Below are positions 9,523 to 16,299 of a stretch of 24,000 nt of DNA, piece by piece. Position numbers and translations under genes: made by a program. Each line of letters opens with the position of its first letter. The stretch's first letter is position 1. Below the pieces are notes generated by a model. It was not told the DNA's origin. It searched no databases and worked only from the letters and a program-made list of their open reading frames with translations. The DNA comes from Ralstonia chuxiongensis. GTDB taxonomy: Bacteria; Pseudomonadota; Gammaproteobacteria; Burkholderiales; Burkholderiaceae. The stretch lies in NCBI RefSeq assembly GCF_024158925.1, contig NZ_JAMYWC010000004.1, forward strand, positions 523,919 to 547,918, read 5' to 3'.

Positions 9523-10530
9523 TCAGAGCGACAGGCCAAGCTTGGCCGCACGAGCGTCAAGCGCGGCACGCACTTCGCCCAGTGCCGCAGCGCCGTGCTC
9601 TCCCAACGCCATCTCGGCCACGGGTGCCAGTGCGGCCTGTGCACGGTCGGCCCACTGCGCGAACCATTGCGAGAGCAAAGCGCGGTTGCCAGCGGCTTCG
9701 GGCTCCGGTGCGCTCGCCATGGTCTTGATGACCGCGTCGATCCAGCGCGCGGTTTCGTCGTGCCACTCGGGCATGAAGCTGGTCAGGATGGCCACGGCCG
9801 TACCGCCTTGCAGCGCGAGGTGGTCATCGACAAAGTGCCCATAGATGAGCGGATACAACAGGCCGTCCAGTGCAAGGTTCTGGGCCATGAACAGCTCGAC
9901 CGGGTCCTGCACCACGAAGCTGTCTTCCACGTAGCGGCGCAAGCCTTGCCAACGGGGGTCTTCCAGCCAGGCCCGCTTGCCGGCATCGAGCACGGCAGGC
10001 TCGTCCAGTGCCAGGGCCAGACGGGTAATCAGCTGTGCAATCCCGAGATCGTCCATGGCGTGGAACATCGCGGGCGCGGTGAAGGCCGTGCCGTAGCCAT
10101 ACGCGCAGATCGACGCGTTGTTCATGTTGGCGCCCCACGCCACGTGGCGCAGCGGCAGCAGCACCTGCAGCGCGCGGTCGCGCAGCGCATCACCCATCGC
10201 AGATGCCAGCCCGCGCGACTCGACAAACTGGAAGTTCGCTTCCACCGCTTCCTGTTGACGCGCGCGGGTCATGGTCCAGGTGGCGTAATAGAACTGGCGC
10301 GGATCTTTGAGCGCCTGCCAGTCAGCCAAGTGAATGCGGCTGCGGCTCGGGTCGTACAACTCGTGCGCTGGGTCCCACGTCGGACGGTAATGAAAGTTCG
10401 CCATGGACTGCGCGCCGTAAGTCGCTTCCTGGTAGCGCGTGGCTGCTTTGCCTTCGCCGATAAGGCGGGCAACGTGGGCGAACGTCTGCCGCAGCGGCGT
10501 GATTTCGCGGGCCTGCAAGTCGATGTTCAT
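9523..10530 (-). CDS. dmpL: Phenol hydroxylase beta subunit, 335 aa
   Basis: Size, position, an AGGAGA SD and similarity to the DmpL-type ferritin-like beta subunit (NFHYRPTWDP, RQFYYATW...). Lacks diiron ligand motifs, as expected for this subunit. Confidence 0.92.
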   Translation of the reverse strand: MNIDLQAREITPLRQTFAHVARLIGEGKAATRYQEATYGAQSMANFHYRPTWDPAHELYDPSRSRIHLADWQALKDPRQFYYATWTMTRARQQEAVEANFQFVESRGLASAMGDALRDRALQVLLPLRHVAWGANMNNASICAYGYGTAFTAPAMFHAMDDLGIAQLITRLALALDEPAVLDAGKRAWLEDPRWQGLRRYVEDSFVVQDPVELFMAQNLALDGLLYPLIYGHFVDDHLALQGGTAVAILTSFMPEWHDETARWIDAVIKTMASAPEPEAAGNRALLSQWFAQWADRAQAALAPVAEMALGEHGAAALGEVRAALDARAAKLGLSL

Positions 10531-10585
10531 GCGGGTTGTCTCCTGGGTGTTTTATGGGGTGTGGCGGTGGACGGTCTACGCCGTC

Positions 10586-10801
10586 TCAGGAATCCAGCCT
10601 CGTCACCTGGTGGCGCTGACAGAACGCGGTGAAGGCCGGCTCCGGCAGCAGCAAGTCGACACTCAGCTCGGGCCAGCCGATGGCGAACTCGAAGCTCACC
10701 AGCCCATCGTCGCGTCGCTCAATGCGACTCACGTATTTGCGCGTGAGATCGACGATGGGCATCTCGTCGGATGACAGGTTGATTTGCGTGGTCATGGGCA
10801 T
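10586..10801 (-). CDS. dmpK: Phenol hydroxylase assembly/P0 protein (DmpK family), about 71 aa
   Basis: C-terminal part of track ORF 10586..10957: MPMTTQINLSSDEMPIVDLTRKYVSRIERRDDGLVSFEFAIGWPELSVDLLLPEPAFTAFCQRH, the DmpK-like FEFAIG.PEL...LP..AF..FC pattern. The longer ORF is rejected because a sigma54 promoter lies inside it. The start may be 10801 or 10795. Confidence 0.8.
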   Translation of the reverse strand: MPMTTQINLSSDEMPIVDLTRKYVSRIERRDDGLVSFEFAIGWPELSVDLLLPEPAFTAFCQRHQVTRLDS

Positions 10802-10863
10802 ATCCGCTGTTGAGGTCGGGATTGCCACCGACGCTGAGCTGTCGCCGGTGACGGCTCCTCTTT

Positions 10864-10879
10864 TGCAGAAGCTGTGCCA
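10864..10879 (-). promoter_or_regulatory. Sigma54 (-24/-12) promoter of the phenol hydroxylase/meta-cleavage operon
   Basis: Minus strand reads TGGCACAGCTTCTGCA, with GG and GC in the canonical spacing of TGGCAC-N5-TTGCW. It lies about 60-75 nt upstream of the dmpK-like start. EBP-type TTGATCA sites lie 130-175 bp further upstream. Confidence 0.78.
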
Positions 10880-10901
10880 GCCGGGCGGACTTTCTTCAAA
10901 A

Positions 10902-10925
10902 ATCTCGATATTTCGAGGGAAAACC
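10902..10925 (-). promoter_or_regulatory. Conserved 24-nt upstream element (copy 1), candidate IHF/architectural site or operator
   Basis: Plus-strand ATCTCGATATTTCGAGGGAAAACC begins exactly 22 nt from the -24 element. It is 23/24 identical to 19677-19700, which sits at the same 22-nt spacing from a second sigma54 promoter. AT-rich core, located where IHF sites sit in Pu/Po-type promoters. Confidence 0.5.
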
Positions 10926-10993
10926 CCAACAACGAGACAGCCTTTATGCGGTGTCATGCACGCAAAACAGGGGGCAATGGCTGCGAATTTCGC

Positions 10994-11053
10994 TTGATCA
11001 GGCAGGCGAATTGATCATTTGATCGAGCCACTCGGGGCGGCTTTCATCAAATC
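10994..11053. promoter_or_regulatory. Upstream activating sequence cluster (XylR/DmpR-type EBP sites), probably serving the phenol hydroxylase promoter
   Basis: TTGATCA (10994-11000), TTGATCATTTGATCGA (11011-11026) and TTCATCAAATC (11043-11053). These resemble the XylR/DmpR UAS motif TTGANCAAATC. They lie about 115-175 bp upstream of the -24 element on the minus strand. Confidence 0.6.
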
Positions 11054-11224
11054 GTCGAGCCCAGCCGTAGCCTAACAGGCCTGGAATAACCGGAAAGCTG
11101 GCGAACGACACGGTCATTGCGAGCCGCGCGCTCCAACTTCGAGAAAACACTCGGGCGACGGATAGGCGTATATCCGGTGTCCGGGGTGCTTTACCTCCAA
11201 GCAGAATCCAGATTCTCGAGATTC

Positions 11225-11242
11225 TTATCAATTGATCAAATC
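11225..11242. promoter_or_regulatory. Upstream activating sequence (EBP site) for the toluene monooxygenase promoter
   Basis: TTATCAATTGATCAAATC contains an exact TTGATCAAATC and is a one-base-deleted copy of the perfect palindrome TTGATCAATTGATCAA at 19820-19835. It lies about 165-180 bp upstream of the -24 element at 11407. A weaker CTGATCAAAAAC follows at about 11266. Confidence 0.65.
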
Positions 11243-11406
11243 AGACGGCGAGGCAACGGCGACCGAATCTGATCAAAAACTGAAATCGCGATGGGGAAGG
11301 ACGCTTCTGCACTGCACACAGCCGGCGCACAGGAGTGTCGACGGCGCGCGTCGATACAGGCGTCAGGGATTTTTGCGTTGCACCAACCCACGGCAGGCGC
11401 TGCGGT

Positions 11407-11422
11407 TGGCACCGCCCTTGCA
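11407..11422 (+). promoter_or_regulatory. Sigma54 (-24/-12) promoter of the toluene/benzene monooxygenase operon
   Basis: TGGCACCGCCCTTGCA is a perfect match to TGGCAC-N5-TTGCA. It lies about 80 nt upstream of the tbuA1-like ATG, which has an AAGGAGA SD. Confidence 0.85.
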
Positions 11423-11503
11423 ATGGAGGACCGCCCAGCGCAAATGCGACCGCGCTGAGACCACCAAGCAAAAGCACTACAGACCCACCAAGGAGACATC
11501 ACC

Positions 11504-13009
11504 ATGGCGTTACTGGAACGCGCCGCGTGGTACGACATCGCACGCACGACCAACTGGACCCCGAGCTACGTCACCGAGTCCGAGCTGTTTCCCGACATCA
11601 TGACCGGCGCGCAGGGCGTACCGATGCAGACATGGGAAACCTACGACGAGCCATACAAGACGTCGTATCCCGAATACGTCCGCATCCAGCGTGAGAAAGA
11701 TGCCGGTGCGTACTCGGTCAAGGCTGCGCTAGAACGCAGCCGCATGTTCGAAGACGCCGACCCGGGCTGGCTGTCGATTCTGAAGGCGCACTACGGCGCC
11801 ATTGCGCTCGGCGAATACGCCGCGATGAGCGCGGAGGCACGCATGGCCCGCTTCGGCCGCGCACCGGGCATGCGCAACATGGCCACCTTCGGCATGCTCG
11901 ACGAGAATCGGCACGGCCAGCTGCAGTTGTATTTCCCGCACGACTATTGCGCCAAGGACCGTCAGTTCGATTGGGCCCATAAGGCTTATCACACCAACGA
12001 ATGGGGCGCGATCGCGGCACGCAGCACGTTCGACGATCTGTTCATGTCGCGCAGCGCGATCGACATTGCGATCATGCTGACGTTCGCATTCGAAACTGGC
12101 TTCACGAACATGCAGTTCCTCGGCCTCGCCGCCGACGCTGCAGAAGCGGGTGATTTCACCTTCGCCAGCCTCATCTCAAGCATCCAGACCGATGAGTCGC
12201 GGCACGCGCAAATCGGTGGTCCGGCACTGCAGATCCTGATCGCGAACGGCCGCAAGGAGCAGGCGCAGAAGCTCGTCGACATTGCCATTGCGCGCGCCTG
12301 GCGACTGTTCTCGCTGCTCACCGGCACCTCGATGGATTACGCAACGCCGCTGCACCATCGCAAGGAGTCGTTCAAGGAATTCATGACGGAGTGGATCGTC
12401 GGGCAGTTTGAACGCACCTTGATCGACCTGGGCCTGGACCTGCCCTGGTACTGGGATCAGATGATCAACGAGTTCGACTACCAGCACCACGCCTACCAGA
12501 TGGGTATCTGGTTCTGGCGCCCGACGATCTGGTGGAATCCCGCGGCCGGCATAACGCCTGATTGCCGCGACTGGCTCGAAGAAAAATACCCCGGCTGGAA
12601 CGACACATTCGGCAAAGCCTGGGACGTCATCATCGACAACCTCTTGGCCGGCAAGCCCGAGCTGACCGTGCCCGAGACGCTGCCGATCGTATGCAACATG
12701 AGCCAGTTGCCGATCTGCGCAATTCCGGGCAACGGCTGGAACGTGAAGGACTACCCGCTCGACTACAAGGGCCGCACGTACCACTTCAATTCCGAGATCG
12801 ACCGCTGGGTCTTCCAGCAAGACCCGCTGCGCTATCGCGACCACCTGACGCTGGTCGACCGATTCCTCGCGGGGCAGATCCAGCCGCCCAACCTGATGGG
12901 CGCACTTCAGTACATGAACCTGGCGCCTGGCGAGTGCGGTGACGACGCCCATCACTACGCGTGGGTCGAGGCGTATCGCAATCAGCGCTACCAGAAGAAA
13001 GCCGCGTGA
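11504..13009 (+). CDS. tbuA1: Toluene/benzene monooxygenase alpha (diiron hydroxylase) subunit, 501 aa
   Basis: Diiron motifs MLDENRHGQ and QTDESRHAQIG. N-terminus MALLERAAWYDIARTTNWTPSYVTESELFP is typical of TmoA/TbuA1/TouA. Strong SD. Confidence 0.95.
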   Translation: MALLERAAWYDIARTTNWTPSYVTESELFPDIMTGAQGVPMQTWETYDEPYKTSYPEYVRIQREKDAGAYSVKAALERSRMFEDADPGWLSILKAHYGAIALGEYAAMSAEARMARFGRAPGMRNMATFGMLDENRHGQLQLYFPHDYCAKDRQFDWAHKAYHTNEWGAIAARSTFDDLFMSRSAIDIAIMLTFAFETGFTNMQFLGLAADAAEAGDFTFASLISSIQTDESRHAQIGGPALQILIANGRKEQAQKLVDIAIARAWRLFSLLTGTSMDYATPLHHRKESFKEFMTEWIVGQFERTLIDLGLDLPWYWDQMINEFDYQHHAYQMGIWFWRPTIWWNPAAGITPDCRDWLEEKYPGWNDTFGKAWDVIIDNLLAGKPELTVPETLPIVCNMSQLPICAIPGNGWNVKDYPLDYKGRTYHFNSEIDRWVFQQDPLRYRDHLTLVDRFLAGQIQPPNLMGALQYMNLAPGECGDDAHHYAWVEAYRNQRYQKKAA

Positions 13010-13033
13010 GGCGGCACGCAAACGGAGGACGAC

Positions 13034-13294
13034 ATGGCACTTTTTCCTGTGATTTCGAATTTTCAGTACGACTTCGTGCTGCAGCTCGTCGCGGTGGATA
13101 CCGAGAACACGATCGACGAGGTGGCCGCAGCAGCGGCACACCACTCGGTGGGGCGCCGCGTGGCACCGCAGCCCGGCAAGATCGTCAGGGTCCGGCGCCA
13201 GGGCGGCGAGCAGTTCTATCCGCGCAACGCCAAGCTGGCCGACACCGACATCAAGCCGATGGAAGCGCTCGAATTCATTTTTTGCGATGCATGA
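13034..13294 (+). CDS. tbuU: Toluene monooxygenase gamma subunit (TmoB/TbuU family), 86 aa
   Basis: MALFPVISNFQYDFVLQLVAVDTENTIDEVAAAAAHHSVGRRVAP... parallels TmoB (…FPV…F..DF..QLV.VD......V......H.V.RRVAP). Position is immediately after the alpha subunit. Confidence 0.9.
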   Translation: MALFPVISNFQYDFVLQLVAVDTENTIDEVAAAAAHHSVGRRVAPQPGKIVRVRRQGGEQFYPRNAKLADTDIKPMEALEFIFCDA

Positions 13295-13301
13295 GGCCGC
13301 G

Positions 13302-13637
13302 ATGAACTTCCAGAAAGTCTGCTCGCTCGACGAGCTTTGGGAAGGCGACATGACCGAGGTCGAAGTCGCCGGCCATGTGATCGTGCTGGTGCGCCCCGAA
13401 GGGGGTGAACCGCGCGCGTTCCAGGGAATCTGCCCGCACCAGGACATCCCGCTGGCCGAGGGCAAGTTCGACGGTCGGGTGCTGATGTGCCGCGCACATC
13501 AGTGGACCTTCGATGCCAACACCGGCAAAGGCATCAACCCCGGCGGCTGCCGGCTTGCCGAGTACGCCTTGAAAGTCGAAGGCGACGACATCTTCGTCGC
13601 AGTCGAGGGCGTTGAGCCTCTCTTCGCCAATTGCTGA
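13302..13637 (+). CDS. tbuB: Rieske-type [2Fe-2S] ferredoxin of toluene monooxygenase (TmoC/TbuB), 111 aa
   Basis: Rieske ligands CPHQ...CRAHQW. Start set at MNFQKVCSLDELW (GAGG SD 5 nt upstream), matching the TmoC N-terminus. The track ORF starts 5 codons earlier. Confidence 0.92.
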   Translation: MNFQKVCSLDELWEGDMTEVEVAGHVIVLVRPEGGEPRAFQGICPHQDIPLAEGKFDGRVLMCRAHQWTFDANTGKGINPGGCRLAEYALKVEGDDIFVAVEGVEPLFANC

Positions 13638-13656
13638 CATCGCCCAGGAACCCACC

Positions 13657-13971
13657 ATGAGTATCGCCAACACCGCCGAGGCCTACCGCAACAATCGCGT
13701 CGGCCCAGTACTGCGCGCGAGCAGCATCACTGCCGGCGTCATCGAAGCCGCACAGGAAGACAACCCGGGCAAGAGCATCCGCATCGACGACAAGCTCGCC
13801 TATGTGCGCATCGACACCGACGGCGAACTGATCCTGCGCCGCGCCACGCTCGAAGAGGCACTGGGGCGACCGTTCAAGATGTCCGAGCTCGAAGTCAACC
13901 TCAGCTCGTTCGCCGGCCGCATCGAAACGACGGATGACTACGTCCGGTTCTACTACGAAAAAACGCTGTAA
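13657..13971 (+). CDS. tbuV: Toluene monooxygenase effector protein (TmoD/TbuV, MmoB family), 104 aa
   Basis: MSIANTAEAYRNNRVGPVLRASS...EDNPGKSIRIDDKLAYVRIDTDGELILRRATLEEALGRPFKMSELEVNLSSFAGRI aligns closely with TmoD. Start trimmed from 13612 to the ATG at 13657 (AGGAA upstream), avoiding overlap with tbuB. Confidence 0.9.
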   Translation: MSIANTAEAYRNNRVGPVLRASSITAGVIEAAQEDNPGKSIRIDDKLAYVRIDTDGELILRRATLEEALGRPFKMSELEVNLSSFAGRIETTDDYVRFYYEKTL

Positions 13972-13983
13972 TCGGAGACACAC

Positions 13984-14973
13984 ATGACAACGCAAGCTGA
14001 AGTCCTCAAGCCGCTCAAGACCTGGAGCCATCTGGCCGCGCGGCGACGCAAGCCCAGCGAGTACGAAATCGTCTCGACCAACCTGCACTACACCACCGAC
14101 AACCCCGATGCGCCGTTCGAACTCGACCCTAATTTCGAAATGGCGCAGTGGTTCAAGCGCAACCGCAACGCATCTCCCCTGACCCACCCCGACTGGAACG
14201 CATTCCGCGATCCGGATGAACTGGTCTACCGCACGTACAACATGCTGCAGGACGGGCAGGAGACCTATGTGTTCGGGCTGCTCGACCAATTTTCCGAGCG
14301 CGGGCACGACGCCATGCTCGAACGCACCTGGGCAGGCACGCTGGCACGCCTGTACACGCCCGCGCGCTACCTGTTCCACACGCTGCAGATGGGCTCGGCC
14401 TATCTGACGCAACTGGCGCCCGCCTCGACCATTTCGAACTGCGCGGCTTATCAGACGGCCGATTCGCTGCGCTGGCTGACACACACCGCGTACCGCACCA
14501 AGGAGCTGTCGCAGACCTTCAGCGACCTCGGCTTCGGCACCGATGAACGCCGCTACTGGGAGCAGGACCCGGCGTGGCAAGGCTGGCGCAAGCTCGTCGA
14601 ACACGCGCTGGTGGCGTGGGACTGGGCCGAGTGCTTCGTTGCCCTGAGCCTGGTAGTACGGCCGGCGGTAGAGGAAGCCGTATTGCGCAGTCTCGGCGAA
14701 GCGGCCCGGCACAACGGCGACACCCTGCTTGGCCTGCTGACCGACGCGCAACTTGCCGATGCGCAACGCCATCGCCGCTGGGCCGGCGCACTTGTACGCA
14801 TGGCGCTGGAACAGCCCGGAAACCGCGAGGTCATCACCGGCTGGCTCGCCAAATGGGAGCCCCTGGCAGATGAAGCCATCGTGGCCTACTGCGCAGCACT
14901 GCCCGACGCGCCAGCGGCGCAGGCGCGCGCAACCGCTGCCGTGCGCGAGTTCCGGCACAGCATCGGCCTGTGA
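13984..14973 (+). CDS. tbuA2: Toluene monooxygenase beta subunit (TmoE/TbuA2), 329 aa
   Basis: ...LKTWSHLAARRRKPSEYEIVSTNLHYTTDNPDAPFEL...NASPLTHPDWNAFRDPDELVYRTYNMLQDGQETYV is near-collinear with TmoE. Confidence 0.94.
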   Translation: MTTQAEVLKPLKTWSHLAARRRKPSEYEIVSTNLHYTTDNPDAPFELDPNFEMAQWFKRNRNASPLTHPDWNAFRDPDELVYRTYNMLQDGQETYVFGLLDQFSERGHDAMLERTWAGTLARLYTPARYLFHTLQMGSAYLTQLAPASTISNCAAYQTADSLRWLTHTAYRTKELSQTFSDLGFGTDERRYWEQDPAWQGWRKLVEHALVAWDWAECFVALSLVVRPAVEEAVLRSLGEAARHNGDTLLGLLTDAQLADAQRHRRWAGALVRMALEQPGNREVITGWLAKWEPLADEAIVAYCAALPDAPAAQARATAAVREFRHSIGL

Positions 14974-15037
14974 GACCAGACAGCCCGGGCGACATCACTC
15001 CATCCAAACCATGGCCAACGACACATCGGAACTGGCG

Positions 15038-16042
15038 ATGACACACCAGATCACCATCGAAGGCGGCGCCGCTTTTTCCATCGCTGCAGAAGAAGACACC
15101 TTGCTGCGGGGCGCGTTACGCGCCGGCATTGCCCTGCCCCACGAGTGCAGCGTCGGGGGCTGCGGTGCATGCCGCTTTGACCTGCTCTCGGGTCTCGTGG
15201 AATCCATCTGGCCGGAAGCACCCGGGCTGTCCGAACGCGACCGCAAGCGCGGCAAACATCTCGCCTGCCAGTCGCGCCTGCTGGGCGATTGCACGATCCG
15301 CGTGCGCTGCGACGAAGCATATCGCCCGGTCGTGTCACCGGGCCGCTGGCCGGCCGTGCTGCTGGCCCGGCGCGAGCTGACGCCCGACATGAGCGAGTTC
15401 ACATTTCGGATACAGGCCCCGGCAGAGTTCCGTCCGGGCCAGTACGCGCTGCTGTATCCGCCGCACACGCCGGGTGCGCGCGCCTATTCGATGTCGAACC
15501 TCCCCAACGAGGACGGCATCTGGAAATTCGTGATCCGGCGCGTTCCCGGCGGTGCTGGCAGCAACGCTTTGTTCGATCACGTTGAGATCGGGCAAAGCAT
15601 CATGCTCGATGGCCCCTATGGCCACGCCTACCTGCGTGACGACAACGCACGCGACATTGTGTGCATTGCCGGAGGCTCGGGGCTTGCGCCCATGCTGGCG
15701 GTCGCCCGTGGAGCGCTTTCCGAGAACCGCGTCGGGCGCGTGCACTTCTTCTACGGCGGGCGCTCACAGCCCGACCTCGGCGCCATGGCGGCACTTGAAG
15801 ACCTCGTGGCAGACAGCCGCTTCGCACTCTCGGTCGTGCTGTCTGCGCCTGCGCCCGCGCTTGGGTGGCAAGGGCCGACCGGCTTCGTACACGCCGAGGT
15901 CGAGCGGGTGTTGGCAACGCCGCTGGACCATTTCGAGTTCTACTTCGCCGGCCCTCCGCCCATGATCGAAGCCGTGCAGACATTGCTGATGCACACGCAT
16001 CACGTGCCGTTCGAACAGATGCACTTCGACCGCTTCGTCTAA
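15038..16042 (+). CDS. tbuC: Toluene monooxygenase NADH:ferredoxin oxidoreductase (TmoF/TbuC), about 334 aa
   Basis: Plant-type ferredoxin motif [14 protein letters not shown] motif RAYSMSN, NAD motif [10 protein letters not shown]-terminal YFAGPPPM. Start chosen at [10 protein letters not shown] by analogy with homolog N-termini. An in-frame ATG at 15011 (MANDTSELA...) is an alternative. The track ORF start at 14753 overlaps tbuA2 and is rejected. Confidence 0.88.
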   Translation: MTHQITIEGGAAFSIAAEEDTLLRGALRAGIALPHECSVGGCGACRFDLLSGLVESIWPEAPGLSERDRKRGKHLACQSRLLGDCTIRVRCDEAYRPVVSPGRWPAVLLARRELTPDMSEFTFRIQAPAEFRPGQYALLYPPHTPGARAYSMSNLPNEDGIWKFVIRRVPGGAGSNALFDHVEIGQSIMLDGPYGHAYLRDDNARDIVCIAGGSGLAPMLAVARGALSENRVGRVHFFYGGRSQPDLGAMAALEDLVADSRFALSVVLSAPAPALGWQGPTGFVHAEVERVLATPLDHFEFYFAGPPPMIEAVQTLLMHTHHVPFEQMHFDRFV

Positions 16043-16208
16043 GCCTGCAACCCATCAAGAATCGCGAGCCCAGCAACGCGACGAACACAGCACAGCACAG
16101 CATTGACGATCAATTTCGCAGATCGGCCATGTCGCGTATTTTCACCAATCCCCATATCTGGAAGCTGAGGTTAAGCTCATTCGATCGAACCTTGTATGAC
16201 GTCCGCGG

Positions 16209-16235
16209 ACCGTCCGACAACAACAGTCGGACGGT
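16209..16235 (+). other. Perfect 10-bp stem-loop in the tbuC-tbuT spacer (no U-tract)
   Basis: ACCGTCCGAC-aacaaca-GTCGGACGGT read directly from the sequence. It is followed by GCCGCG rather than a T-run, so it is not a canonical intrinsic terminator. Confidence 0.6.
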
Positions 16236-16299
16236 GCCGCGTGAGCGCCAGCCGCTCGCCGTCGCGACGGCAACCCATCTGGCCGCGATCGAGGAGACC

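Noticed and set aside
7784-9844. 686-aa plus-strand ORF, the longest in the track
   Set aside because: It lies entirely antisense to the well-supported dmpN/dmpM/dmpL-like genes. The translation is low-complexity and rich in Arg/Ala/Val/Leu/Gly with no recognisable motifs. Long stop-free antisense frames are expected at this GC content.
10802-10957. N-terminal 52-codon extension of the dmpK-like ORF (track ORF 10586..10957)
   Set aside because: The sigma54 promoter (10864-10879) and the conserved 24-nt element lie inside the extension, so it cannot be translated from that transcript. The DmpK-like similarity only begins at MPMTTQ.
10998-11231. 77-aa minus-strand ORF, plus the 123-aa plus-strand ORF 11232..11603, in the divergent control region
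   Set aside because: GC3 is only moderate by eye, far below the roughly 85-90 percent of the real genes here. There is no SD. Both are occupied by EBP sites and promoter elements, and the second runs through the sigma54 promoter into tbuA1.
12176-13465. 429-aa minus-strand ORF, plus 13534..14958 (474 aa) and 16177..17271 (364 aa), all on the minus strand
   Set aside because: They are antisense to the tbuA1, tbuA2 and tbuT-like genes, which carry unambiguous catalytic motifs. Their compositions are typical of shadow ORFs, and they lack SD sequences and plausible domains.
16086-16100. (ACAGC)x3 pentanucleotide microrepeat
   Set aside because: Only three units in non-coding DNA. It is too short to call a functional tandem repeat or a phase-variation tract, and is noted only as context within the tbuC-tbuT spacer finding.
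15865-16299. Long N-terminal extension of the tbuT-like ORF overlapping the end of tbuC
   Set aside because: The upstream part overlaps the reductase gene in another frame. GAGGAG-ATG at 16300 gives a family-typical length. ATG 16129 is retained only as an alternative and is mentioned in the findings.
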